From assembly GCF_000025945.1 (NCBI RefSeq), contig NC_006138.1:3491384-3523383 (forward strand): DNA of 32,000 nt. Direction: 5' to 3'. Shown one piece after another: positions 18,395-28,273 of the stretch. The DNA comes from Desulfotalea psychrophila LSv54. GTDB lineage: Bacteria; Desulfobacterota; Desulfobulbia; Desulfobulbales; Desulfocapsaceae. Below the pieces are notes generated by a model. The model was given only the letters and a program-made list of their open reading frames with translations, was not told where the DNA came from and did no database searches. Position 1 is the first letter of the stretch, and each line of letters begins with the position of its first letter. The position numbers were made by a program, and so were the translations under genes.

Positions 18395-21300
18395 GCAAAA
18401 GAGAATGTCTCTGCAAAGTCTACAACCTTGTCCCGATCAATGGGCTTTGCAAAATGATAACCCTGCCCATAGCGACAGCCCAAGGCACAGACCAGATCAA
18501 GATGCTCCCTCTCCTCTACGCCCTCTACCACAACAGGAATTTCCAGACTTTTACTCATCCGGACCAGAGCTTCCAGCACCGTCATCCGCTGCACTGATTC
18601 ATGAGCCTGAAGCAGAAAAGACTTATCCACCTTCAGGACATCAAAGGGCAGGTCGGCAAGATGACCAAAGGAGGAGTAGCCCGTACCAAAATCATCAATA
18701 TGAATGCCGATGCCACTCTCGCGCAGATCCATAAGAATCCTTTTACCAAAGCGTACATTGCTCATCAGAGCACTTTCTGTTACCTCTATGGCGAGGTCAG
18801 AGGGCTTAAGGCCATACCTTTCAACAGTCTTTATAATTCGTTGAGCCAGATTCAAATCTACCAGTTCATTTTGCGAGAGATTAACGCTTACCCGAATATG
18901 ATCCAGGGCAGTAGTCTGTTGGCGCCACTGGGCAATATTGGCACAGGTTAGCTCAAGCACAGCCTCATCAATTTTAGAAATAATGCCAATTTCTTCTGCC
19001 ACAGGCAGAAATTGATCAGGGAAGAGATACCCCAGACGGGGATTCTGCCAACGAACAAGGGCCTCAAAACCTGCCAGTCGTCTCTGCTCAAGATCAATGA
19101 TGGGCTGATACTGAACAACAAGTTCCTCCGGGTCAAACTCATTTGTCAAAATTTGTTCAATCTCAATTGTTTTTCTGACTCTTGAATGAAGCTTTTGGTT
19201 AAACACCCGGAAATATTTTGGACTGTTGTACTTCGCCTCATACATTGCAATATCAGCATAACGAAGCACATCGTGTATATTATCATACTGGCAAATATCC
19301 ATAACCAGACCAACGCTTACTCCCGTTAAAATTGTCCGTCCATCAATCTCAACACCGGCCTCCACACTCTTGATGATGCTAGCCACCAGCTTAACAACCT
19401 TGGCAGGAGAGACAATATCCTCCAAAATAATGGCAAACTCATCTCCACCAAGACGTGCGAGCAGATCTAACTCTCGTAACTGAGATCGTATTTTAACCAC
19501 CACCTCAACCAAAACCCGATCACCGACATTATGCCCAAGTGAATCATTAATCTGCTTAAAGCGATTAAGATCAAGCATTAAAAGGGCATGTCTTCTCCTC
19601 TCTCCATCCGTTGGATTAAATAACTTCTCTCCCCAATCAAGAAAATACTGTCTATTTACAAGTCCGGTCAGATTATCGTGATTCGCCTGATGAAGCAGAC
19701 GTTCATAGACCTGATCTCTTTCAATTGCCCGCACAACCTGCTCTGCTACCGCCTCAAGCAGATAGACATCGTCCCGATCAAAGGCATTCTCCTGCTGATA
19801 ATCCTGAATGGCAAAAATGCCAATGGGCACATTCCCTAGCATCAAAGGCACACCGAGCCATGATGCGGGCACAACACCTATACAGGTCTTCATCTCAACA
19901 TCATTAATTGAGAAAATTTGACTGCTACCACGACGCATGACATAGCCACTCAAGCCTGGAATACTGGCAAAATCTTCACTATTAATACGATATTGAGCCT
20001 GCACCCTCTCACTCTCTCTCTCATCTCGATAGTAGACAAACTCAAAGGCCTTTTCCTCATGCCGCCAAAGGGCCACATAAAAGTTATTTACCTGACTATA
20101 GGAGGCTATCGCCTCATGTACCGCCTCAAGATAACGACCAAGCCCCTGATTGAGATAATTTGCCATGGAAACCTGATAAAGTACCTGCAGGGTATGCTCT
20201 CGTTTTCTCCTTTGACTAACATCCGTATGACTGCCAATGATCTGTAAGAGTTCACCATCTTGCCACACACCCAGGGCCCTGCTCTGTAGCCAACAATAGT
20301 GACCATCTCTGTGCAAAATTCGATATTGAATATCATAACTTGGAGAGTCGGGAGAGAGAGAACGGTTTGTCTCCACAACCTGAACATAATCTTCAGGATG
20401 AACAAGATCCCACCAGGCCTCAATTGAAGAATTAAAATCAATCTCTTCATAACCAATCATCTTCTTAGCTTTCGCTGAGATAAAAAGGCTCTCATCCACA
20501 AGGTTCCACTCCCAAAAACCATGAATGCCCACATCAACAATCCGTTTATACTGATCTTTTTCCTGTTGAAGGCATCCTATCTGCTCTTGGTAAGCAGTTG
20601 TCTCAACAATCGTTTCCATATAGCCATAGATATCACCCTGCGAAGAACGTAATATTTTAGCCGTTACTTCAAGGGTCTTCACCCTATCCAAAAATTCTAC
20701 AGAGCGCAGGGCAGTAACAACATCGTCTTGAGAAAAGATTTGCTCATAGTGCTCAAAAAATTCTTCCTGCACCTCTGGAGAACTATCAAGAAAATCAATG
20801 AGAAGGGGCTTACCTGTGGGAGAAATAGCTGAACGATATATCTCAGGTCCCTCCTGTAAAACCTCCTGTCGGGAAACCCCTGTCAAAGCTTCCAGGGCTG
20901 CATTCCAAACGCGTACCTTTTTCTGTCGATCCGTCACCATAACTGCAAAGGGCAGGGCCTCAAGAGTGGCAAGAAAACACGTCGCCTCATTCTTACGCCG
21001 ATAACAATTAAAAAGGACAAAGAAAAGTATGACAAGAGAAAAAGCCAGGGGGATGAGCAAGAGAAAATAAACATACTGCTCATCAATCCATGCCCTCAAA
21101 TTAAAAAATGGCAAGCTACGTCTACCGACAGAGACAAAGACATAGTGTTGATCGCCAAGGGCTAATAACTGCCAACTAAGCCCATAGATGCAATCGTCGT
21201 CCTGCACAAGACGTACATCAGTACCTTCCATAGAGTTGGCAAAATCAGCCCCACCAAAGACAGGATATTTATCTATAAGAGTACGTAAAAATGGCCTGCC

Positions 21301-21897
21301 AACATCCTCTTTATCTGCGGATAAAAGGATTCGCCCAGACCTTGTCAATAAATATTTAGAGAGGATCAGGTTATCAGAAATATCGGTGCCAAACCTCTTA
21401 TGCAATCTCCGCCAACTCAATTCGCTGAGGACATAGCCCCCGTCTGGGAATGAGGATTGGGTCACCATATATGGCCTGGATTTAGAGTTCGCCTCGGGCA
21501 ATCGGAGCACATAGGAAGAATTTGTCTCAGGAACAATTTTAGCGGAGTACAATCCCCCAATAACAGCGCGAATGCCCTCTATATCGGCCTGAGAAAAATA
21601 GCTGTATTTCGTCGACTTATAGGCCCAGACGGTGGGATATCTCCCTGGATCCCTCCTGTCAGAGGCCATCAAGGATTGCTGAGAGAGACGAGCCTCAATC
21701 TGATACTGCTGCAGGAGCTGTTGCAGGCTGGTAGCGGAGGCATTTGTCGCCTCCCGTAAAGAATTTTTGGTGGCCTGACTAGCTAAATCCTTCTGTTGCT
21801 GTATGTAGGCGCGATCAAAAAAGCAGTAGGCAAGAATAAAAAAACAGCCTAGCAGACCTAAGGCAAACAAACGAAATATACATCTTGTTGACATCAT
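18391..21897 (-). CDS. membrane-anchored PAS/GAF sensor protein with GGDEF and EAL domains
   Basis: N-terminal TM, CACHE-like region, second TM, PAS repeats, GAF (GYVMRRGSSQIFSINDVE), LARLGGDEFAIILED, GFEALVRWQNP...LDDFGTGYSSFGHL. Confidence 0.93.
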   Translation of the reverse strand: MMSTRCIFRLFALGLLGCFFILAYCFFDRAYIQQQKDLASQATKNSLREATNASATSLQQLLQQYQIEARLSQQSLMASDRRDPGRYPTVWAYKSTKYSYFSQADIEGIRAVIGGLYSAKIVPETNSSYVLRLPEANSKSRPYMVTQSSFPDGGYVLSELSWRRLHKRFGTDISDNLILSKYLLTRSGRILLSADKEDVGRPFLRTLIDKYPVFGGADFANSMEGTDVRLVQDDDCIYGLSWQLLALGDQHYVFVSVGRRSLPFFNLRAWIDEQYVYFLLLIPLAFSLVILFFVLFNCYRRKNEATCFLATLEALPFAVMVTDRQKKVRVWNAALEALTGVSRQEVLQEGPEIYRSAISPTGKPLLIDFLDSSPEVQEEFFEHYEQIFSQDDVVTALRSVEFLDRVKTLEVTAKILRSSQGDIYGYMETIVETTAYQEQIGCLQQEKDQYKRIVDVGIHGFWEWNLVDESLFISAKAKKMIGYEEIDFNSSIEAWWDLVHPEDYVQVVETNRSLSPDSPSYDIQYRILHRDGHYCWLQSRALGVWQDGELLQIIGSHTDVSQRRKREHTLQVLYQVSMANYLNQGLGRYLEAVHEAIASYSQVNNFYVALWRHEEKAFEFVYYRDERESERVQAQYRINSEDFASIPGLSGYVMRRGSSQIFSINDVEMKTCIGVVPASWLGVPLMLGNVPIGIFAIQDYQQENAFDRDDVYLLEAVAEQVVRAIERDQVYERLLHQANHDNLTGLVNRQYFLDWGEKLFNPTDGERRRHALLMLDLNRFKQINDSLGHNVGDRVLVEVVVKIRSQLRELDLLARLGGDEFAIILEDIVSPAKVVKLVASIIKSVEAGVEIDGRTILTGVSVGLVMDICQYDNIHDVLRYADIAMYEAKYNSPKYFRVFNQKLHSRVRKTIEIEQILTNEFDPEELVVQYQPIIDLEQRRLAGFEALVRWQNPRLGYLFPDQFLPVAEEIGIISKIDEAVLELTCANIAQWRQQTTALDHIRVSVNLSQNELVDLNLAQRIIKTVERYGLKPSDLAIEVTESALMSNVRFGKRILMDLRESGIGIHIDDFGTGYSSFGHLADLPFDVLKVDKSFLLQAHESVQRMTVLEALVRMSKSLEIPVVVEGVEEREHLDLVCALGCRYGQGYHFAKPIDRDKVVDFAETFSFA

Positions 21898-21903
21898 AAA
21901 TAT

Positions 21904-22509
21904 TTAGAAAAGAGGACCAGAAAGAGTAACTACTTGAAGATCAGTATCCTGGGAAAGATTCACCCACTCATCACCTGCCACATCCATATCAGCTATACTA
22001 TCAATTTTCATTTTCAGATATCTGCCATGCCCCTCGGCAGCAACACTACCATCGCCAAGAAGAAGACGTCCCTCACCAGAAAAACTTCGCCCTGTCTCCT
22101 TGGTCAGACGACAGACAACCCGCAGAGGTTCACCAAGGGGGATCGGTTTACGAAAACGGAGGGAAAAATCAAGTGTCACCCCCCAAACCTCGGAATTAGG
22201 GGATTGATTGATGACCCGACCAATGGCCTCATCAAGAATGGCTGCCGTAACGCCACCATGCAGTCTACCGGGGTAGCTTTGATGTACCTCAAGAGGAGTA
22301 AACATAGCCAGAAGATAGCCGTTCTCCAATACATAAAAGGTACTCTTCAAACCGGCATCATTTGCGTAACCACAGACAAAACAATTTTTGCTATGGGGTT
22401 GTTTAAACAGAACTCTATATTCCACTGCAGCCTCCCAATCACGGCACGAATCTCTTTTCAGAAAAAACAGATGGACAAAAATAGCCCTTCTCTTAAGGAA
22501 TAGGTACAA
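21904..22509 (-). CDS. hotdog-fold thioesterase (PaaI-like)
   Basis: PHSKNCFVCGYANDAGLKSTFY..., YPGRLHGGVTAAILDEAIGRV. Start uncertain. Confidence 0.8.
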   Translation of the reverse strand: MYLFLKRRAIFVHLFFLKRDSCRDWEAAVEYRVLFKQPHSKNCFVCGYANDAGLKSTFYVLENGYLLAMFTPLEVHQSYPGRLHGGVTAAILDEAIGRVINQSPNSEVWGVTLDFSLRFRKPIPLGEPLRVVCRLTKETGRSFSGEGRLLLGDGSVAAEGHGRYLKMKIDSIADMDVAGDEWVNLSQDTDLQVVTLSGPLF

Positions 22510-22676
22510 AAAAAATACAATTCACCGCCTGGCTTAAAACAATCCCTTTGGAGGGCTAAGAATTACCCTCAGACCGTTGTTCCTGCAAAAGGGGATAGGC
22601 AGAAATACAAAGAGGGCTTATCCCCTATAGGATAGCCCCCTTTACACAACATTTTTCACCTACTCAAACCAGAAGA

Positions 22677-23603
22677 CTAATTTATCCCCTCAAGCTTCCA
22701 ATTATTGGTCTTTACAGAACGAGCCCAGGTCCACTCCTCCTCAAATTTAACAGGCGCAGTATTACTACCCTCAACAATATCTCCTGTTTTATCATCCACG
22801 GTATAATCAAGTAGACTGGCTATAAAGCGAACAGTGACAAAATCTTCCAGCCCATCGGAACCCGCAGCAATGACCTCTATTGAACGTACCGCAATGGACT
22901 CCAGCTTGTTGGTACGCCCCGCAGCCTTCATTTTGGCAAATTGGCTTGTATACTCTTCGGCCAGTTGATTCCCCACCAGATGACGATAGGAACTTATATC
23001 GCGACGCATCCAACCTGCCTGGATCTGAAAAAACACATCGGAGGCAACCTGAATAAAATGCTCCTTTTCAAAATCCTGGTCAGTCGCCTTGATTTGGTCT
23101 ATTCCCTCGTCAAGATCGGACATGCCTGCAAAAGCCGGGGCTGGAGGTGGTCGCACGTCGGTATTTTCGCCCCCATTCATACCACCGCCAAAGGAGGGGG
23201 TTGCAGTTGGTCTGGTATAGGCTGACTCTTTTCCGCCCTTGGACTGTTGTTTAAATTTTCGAAAAAGAAAATAGGCACCACCGGCAAGGATAAGAATGGG
23301 TAAAATCCCCATGCCACCACCGCCACCGCTACCACCACCGCCAAACATCGAGCCAAAGAGCATACCACCAAGGGCACCTCCAAGCAGACCGCCCATCAGA
23401 CCACGGGAAAAGCTACTCTTACCAGCCGCTCCCGCCTTAGTGGAGCTCATACTCTTAGTGGGAGAACTCTTCGTCCTGCTAAAACTCCGACCGCCCCTCA
23501 TCGACCTGGCCTCTGAATAATCCGCGGTAATTCCACCTTCCACGAAAGACAGGGCAATCAACACCAAAAAAAATGGCGTTAACTTCTTCAAGATTCCAAA
23601 CAT
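22677..23603 (-). CDS. Tim44-like domain membrane protein
   Basis: Start likely at MFGILKKLTPFFLVLIALS. Gly-rich TM region GGLLGGALGGMLFGSMFGGGG, then FIQVASDVFFQIQAGWMRRDISSYRHLVGNQLAEEY typical of bacterial Tim44-like proteins. Confidence 0.85.
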   Translation of the reverse strand: MFGILKKLTPFFLVLIALSFVEGGITADYSEARSMRGGRSFSRTKSSPTKSMSSTKAGAAGKSSFSRGLMGGLLGGALGGMLFGSMFGGGGSGGGGGMGILPILILAGGAYFLFRKFKQQSKGGKESAYTRPTATPSFGGGMNGGENTDVRPPPAPAFAGMSDLDEGIDQIKATDQDFEKEHFIQVASDVFFQIQAGWMRRDISSYRHLVGNQLAEEYTSQFAKMKAAGRTNKLESIAVRSIEVIAAGSDGLEDFVTVRFIASLLDYTVDDKTGDIVEGSNTAPVKFEEEWTWARSVKTNNWKLEGIN

Positions 23604-23716
23604 TTGCTCTCCATCATCCATAAATTAATCTAACTCAGTTCAAAAAAACCAAGTAACATTCAAACACAACCTGGTAAAAAATAAGCGTCCAAACCAATAA
23701 AGGCAAGTTTCTCCGT

Positions 23717-25852
23717 CTATTCCCTGCGATATTTTCGTGAATTACCATCTATTGCCTCTCGTACCAGACGAGAAAGTTTAGACATTGTCAGGGGTTTTAT
23801 CATAATGGCGGCAATACCCATAGCCCGGGCCTCACCCACATCCACCATACTCGAATAACCTGTATGTAAAATCACCGGCACTTCAGAGCCCAGTTCTTTT
23901 ACCCGCCGACTTAATTCAAGTCCCGACATAAAGGGCATGGTCAGATCAGTTATAACAAGATCGTAATTATCGGGGTTTTCGGCAAAGTGCTCAAGGGCGA
24001 CCCTGCTATCTGTAAAAACAGTGGGTTTATAGCCCAGATAAGTCAGCATCTGTCCCGCCATCTGAGCAAGGATCTGCTCATCATCAACAAAAAGCACCCT
24101 CTCTTTGCCAACCAGCAGGGGCGAACTCAAATGTGCCTTTACCTGCACCTGCTCATCCTGGACAATAGGAAAGTAGAGATAAAAGGAACTTCCTTTACCT
24201 AGCTGACTCTCAACCCGTATAGCTCCACCGAGACTATCCATAATACCCTGAACAACCGCAAGGCCAAGACCTGTCCCCTCACACTGCATCTTAGTGGTAA
24301 AATAGGGATCAAATATTTTTTCGAGAAGATCAGACTCTATGCCAATACCATCATCCATAACAGCCAGACACAGACATGTCCTGCCTGAAAGCTCATGGAT
24401 ATCATGTAATCCTGCATCCAGGTCAACTTTTTTATAGCTCACCTTGAGGGTGCCACCGCCCTTCTGCATGGCATGAGCCGCATTGGTACAGAGGTTCATC
24501 ACCACCTGATGGATTCGGTCAGGGTTGGCAAGAACTGTTTCAAGGCCCTCGCCAATATCATGCTCAATACAGACAGAGGTCGGCAGACTTACTCGAACAA
24601 ACTTCAAGGCCTCCAGAATAACCTCTGATAATCCCATCACTGTTTCTTCGGAGGTCTCGGCCCTGGTAAGGGAGAGTATCTGACGAACCAAATTACGGGC
24701 CCGTTCACTTGCCTTTTGCACCTGCTCAAGATTACTCCGCACATCATCACTACAGGTCTCTGTAAAAAGGCTCAGATCAGTATAACCAACAATGGCGGAA
24801 AGAATGTTGTTAAAATCATGGGCTATACCACCTGCAAGGGTGGCAATAGCATCCCTTTTTTGAGCCTGAAGGACAAACTCCTCTGAACGTTTTAAAGCCG
24901 AAGTAACATCGGTTCTGCGCCTGACATCGCTTACCCGATAGGCAAGGACCTCACCCAGCTCCAGATCATGATCCTGAAACAGGGCAGGGAGATTACCGTC
25001 AGCCACCTTATCGTAAAGCACCAGCAAAGAGGCTACCTCACCCCCTTGGTCCAAGAAGGGAAAAATGACAAATGAGTCATTGCTATAACTCATACAGGCA
25101 CATGCTTGTAAAGAAATATCTTTGGATATATGCCCCATGCAGGCCCGCTTCTCCCTCAGGACTTTCGCACAGAGGCTACTCTCTGGCAGGGGAAAAAAAA
25201 TGTTTTGCGGCGACGGAAAGCCAGTGTTCAGACGGGCAGCAAGGGTAAGATGATCCTCCTCTACATGATACATGCAACCCTTGGTGGCACCCAAATCATC
25301 GGCAAATTCCTGAAGAATCATGCCATCACGTCGATCAAGGTCTGTGCAACGAATAAACTTTTGCCCAGAGCTGACCATATTTCTAAAGCGCCTATCCAGC
25401 TGACTTAACTCTTCCTCTTTTTCCGCAACCTGGGTTATAAGTGCTTCCTGATATTTTTTATTTTCACGGGAGAGACGGATGTAATCAAGGGATTTTTCTA
25501 CGACATGAACCAGGATAGACGGTTCAATAATAGGCTTGTGCAGATAGTCAAGGGCCCCAAAACGAAGAAACTTTGCTATTTCAGCAACATCCTGACCGGA
25601 AGAAGTCATAATAACTGGCAATTCCGGGAGCAGGAGTTGTATTTCCTGCAGGACATCTACACCATGGATATCCGGTAAAGAACTATGCAGCAATACAAGA
25701 TCGATATCATGCCTGAGACAGAGGGCTAAGCCCTCACGCCCCGTTTTTGCTTCCAAAACTCCGTAGCCACATCTTTCTAAATAAACTTTCGTGGTTTTGC
25801 GAAAAGAGTATTCGTCATCAATAATCAAAATCACAGATTGTTTATAATACAT
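23717..25852 (-). CDS. hybrid histidine kinase (REC-GAF-HisKA-HATPase_c-REC)
   Basis: N-terminal receiver (VILIIDDEYSFRKTT), GGIAHDFNNILSAIVGYTDL H-box, NLCTNAAHAM N-box, DDGIGI, GTGLGLAVV, C-terminal receiver (VLFVDDEQILA, DLVITDLTMPFMSG). Confidence 0.94.
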   Translation of the reverse strand: MYYKQSVILIIDDEYSFRKTTKVYLERCGYGVLEAKTGREGLALCLRHDIDLVLLHSSLPDIHGVDVLQEIQLLLPELPVIMTSSGQDVAEIAKFLRFGALDYLHKPIIEPSILVHVVEKSLDYIRLSRENKKYQEALITQVAEKEEELSQLDRRFRNMVSSGQKFIRCTDLDRRDGMILQEFADDLGATKGCMYHVEEDHLTLAARLNTGFPSPQNIFFPLPESSLCAKVLREKRACMGHISKDISLQACACMSYSNDSFVIFPFLDQGGEVASLLVLYDKVADGNLPALFQDHDLELGEVLAYRVSDVRRRTDVTSALKRSEEFVLQAQKRDAIATLAGGIAHDFNNILSAIVGYTDLSLFTETCSDDVRSNLEQVQKASERARNLVRQILSLTRAETSEETVMGLSEVILEALKFVRVSLPTSVCIEHDIGEGLETVLANPDRIHQVVMNLCTNAAHAMQKGGGTLKVSYKKVDLDAGLHDIHELSGRTCLCLAVMDDGIGIESDLLEKIFDPYFTTKMQCEGTGLGLAVVQGIMDSLGGAIRVESQLGKGSSFYLYFPIVQDEQVQVKAHLSSPLLVGKERVLFVDDEQILAQMAGQMLTYLGYKPTVFTDSRVALEHFAENPDNYDLVITDLTMPFMSGLELSRRVKELGSEVPVILHTGYSSMVDVGEARAMGIAAIMIKPLTMSKLSRLVREAIDGNSRKYRRE

Positions 25853-25981
25853 AAAGAGTCTTCACGGGGTGAAAAAAGGGAGACGATTATTATTGTTACT
25901 GCAACAATTTCATGATAAATGCTAACATACGTTCATAACTTTTTTAAATTATACTACTTTTTTTATCCTGTAAAGAATATC

Positions 25982-27496
25982 ATGCTTCTTCTCCAACCAC
26001 CATTTGTCAAATCCTGCGAGCCATCGGCGGCTCTCGCCCAATTAACTGCATATTTACGGGGAAACGGGGAGAGATGTTTTCCATACGACCTCAGTATTGA
26101 ATGTCTGCACCATCTTCTTGAAACCACCCCCGTGGCCAATGACACATGGTCCAAGAGGGCCTTTCGTAACAGAAAGGAAAATATCACCCTTTTAAAAAGT
26201 GGCAAGGGCTATACAAATTATTCGCGCTACGAACGAGCTGTCTCCGATATTAATCGAATCATAGAGATCGCCGGCAAGAGGCATGGTATCCAACTCAACC
26301 TGGAAAATTACCAGGACAGCAGACTCTCCCCCCTTAAGAGCGAAGATCTCCTCTATGCCATGGAGCACTATAGAGAAAACATATTCTTCCCCTACCTCGG
26401 CAAGAGAATTGCCTCACTGATCGACAAGCATAACCCCACCCGTATTGGCCTCTCACTCAACTTCCTCAGCCAGGCCCTGCCGACCTTTGCCATTATTGGT
26501 TTTCTAAAGAGTTCTTTCCCGGAACTAAAGATCATTGTGGGAGGTGGCCTCATAACAAGTTGGCACAAAAGCCCACAGTGGACCAATCCCTTCAAAGGAG
26601 TTGTTGACCAGTTTGTAGTAGGAGCAGGTGAAGCCCCCCTCCTGGAAATAGTTTCGGGAAAAACAGATGGAGAGGAACAGACACCCGAGCACAAAGATCT
26701 GCTCGGCAATAACTACCTCGCCCCAGGCTATATCCTCCCCTTTACCGCCTCCATTGGCTGCTACTGGAGAAAATGTTCTTTCTGTCCCGAGACGAGCGAG
26801 AATAGCCCATACATCTGCCTGAGCAACAATCAGGTACAAAGAGATTTAGGATCATTGATCGAAAAGACAAGACCACGGCTCATCCACTTCCTCGACAGTG
26901 CCATCAGTCCCAGACTCATGACTGACCTCATCCGCCAACCACCAGGGGTTCCATGGTATGGCTTTGCCCGCATCTGCGAACAACTCACCGATCCTGATTT
27001 TACCCGGGCCCTGAAAAAATCGGGCTGTGCCATGCTCAAGCTAGGTCTTGAATCGGGAAGTAGCTATGTGCTGGAGCAGATGAACAAGGGAATCAGCCTG
27101 TCGCTGGCCTCGCGGGTACTGCGCTCCCTTGAACAGGCAGGCATCGCCACCTATGTTTACCTGCTTTTTGGTACAGCATCAGAGGATATAGGTGAGGCAA
27201 GAAAGACACTTCGCTTTGCCAGCGAACACGCAAGTGCCATCACCTACACCAACCTTTCCATCTTCAACCTGCCCATCTGCAGTCAGGAGACAGAGACCCT
27301 TGAGACGATCAACCGCCATGAAGGCGATCTCACCCTCTACACAGATTTTATCCACCCTAAGGGTTGGGGCCGCAAAGAAATTCGTAAGTTCTTAAACAAT
27401 GAATTCAAGCGCCACCCACTGATCATGCCCATCCTCAGGGAGAATCCACCTTTTTTCAGCTCAAACCATGCACCATTTTTCCACAAAAACTCGTGA
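25982..27496 (+). CDS. B12-binding-type radical SAM protein
   Basis: MLLLQPPFVKSCEPSAALAQLTAYLRGNG start, IIVGGGLITSW, FTASIGCYWRKCSFCPE cluster-binding segment, LKLGLESGSSYVLEQMNKG. Confidence 0.85.
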   Translation: MLLLQPPFVKSCEPSAALAQLTAYLRGNGERCFPYDLSIECLHHLLETTPVANDTWSKRAFRNRKENITLLKSGKGYTNYSRYERAVSDINRIIEIAGKRHGIQLNLENYQDSRLSPLKSEDLLYAMEHYRENIFFPYLGKRIASLIDKHNPTRIGLSLNFLSQALPTFAIIGFLKSSFPELKIIVGGGLITSWHKSPQWTNPFKGVVDQFVVGAGEAPLLEIVSGKTDGEEQTPEHKDLLGNNYLAPGYILPFTASIGCYWRKCSFCPETSENSPYICLSNNQVQRDLGSLIEKTRPRLIHFLDSAISPRLMTDLIRQPPGVPWYGFARICEQLTDPDFTRALKKSGCAMLKLGLESGSSYVLEQMNKGISLSLASRVLRSLEQAGIATYVYLLFGTASEDIGEARKTLRFASEHASAITYTNLSIFNLPICSQETETLETINRHEGDLTLYTDFIHPKGWGRKEIRKFLNNEFKRHPLIMPILRENPPFFSSNHAPFFHKNS

Positions 27497-27503
27497 TGGC
27501 GAT

Positions 27504-27544
27504 AAAGGTTTTTTGTCCCAGCTTACACTGGGACAAAACCTTTT
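27504..27544. terminator. bidirectional intrinsic terminator between convergent genes
   Basis: AAAGGTTTTTTGTCCCAG-cttaca-CTGGGACAAAACCTTTT inverted repeat between the radical SAM gene (+) and the FKBP gene (-). Confidence 0.85.
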
Positions 27545-27974
27545 ATGCGGATATCTCAACGAGTTCCAGGGAAAAGTCCAGATCTTTGCCAGCAAGGGGT
27601 GGATTAGCATCAAGAAGCATATGCTTCTCATCTAACTCAACCACTACAACACGAAGAACACCTCCATCGGGAGCACCCACCTCAAGACGCATACCAAGCT
27701 CTGGTCCTAAGTCGTCTGGGATTTGCTCCACGGGCACATCCATCATCATCTCTTCGTTGCGCTCGCCATAGGCCTTTGCTATAGGGATATGAACCTCTTT
27801 TGTTTCGCCCACGGCCATACCTAGCATTGCCTCATCAAAACCATCAATAACATCGCCGCTACCTACTTTAAAGGCAAGGGGCTCCTTGCCCTCTGAGCTA
27901 TCAAAGACAGTTCCATCTTGAAGCTTGCCTACGTAACGAACCTTTACCTTATCGCCCTTCTTTACTCCTGCCAT
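27543..27974 (-). CDS. FKBP/SlyD-like peptidyl-prolyl cis-trans isomerase
   Basis: Start reassigned to MAGVKKGDKVKVRYVGKLQDGTVFDSSEG; VIDGFDEAMLGMAVGETKEVHIPIAKAYGE; NPPLAGKDLDFSLELV. Confidence 0.92.
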   Translation of the reverse strand: MAGVKKGDKVKVRYVGKLQDGTVFDSSEGKEPLAFKVGSGDVIDGFDEAMLGMAVGETKEVHIPIAKAYGERNEEMMMDVPVEQIPDDLGPELGMRLEVGAPDGGVLRVVVVELDEKHMLLDANPPLAGKDLDFSLELVEISA

Positions 27975-28273
27975 AACCTCTTCTCCCTCTGATTTGCCTC
28001 TTTTATAAAGAGAAATAATAAAAATAAAACCACTCAATTTTATCTGCAAACAATGCTCTATAAGCCGGAAAGATACAAGTTTATTTTTATCCGTCGGGGG
28101 CCGGACCGGTACCCGGGAAATAATGCGCATGGGACAGAGCTTTTCCACTTTTGCTTTACCCATCTCTGTAGTATCTATAGGCGGATGAGTTAGTTTTTAA
28201 GCGTAATATGAAAAAATGTAGTAGGATATAGGGTCTTATTAGATTTATAAAACTTTGACACTCGCGTACCATC

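Noticed and set aside
21934-22503. 189-aa plus-strand ORF antisense to the thioesterase
   Set aside because: The opposite strand encodes a recognisable hotdog thioesterase with HGG and CFVCG motifs.
27543-28163. 206-aa version of the FKBP ORF
   Set aside because: The first 63 residues lack homology and contain no domain. MAGVKKGDKVKVRYVG at 27974 with an AGAGGGAGAAG-like RBS is the expected start.
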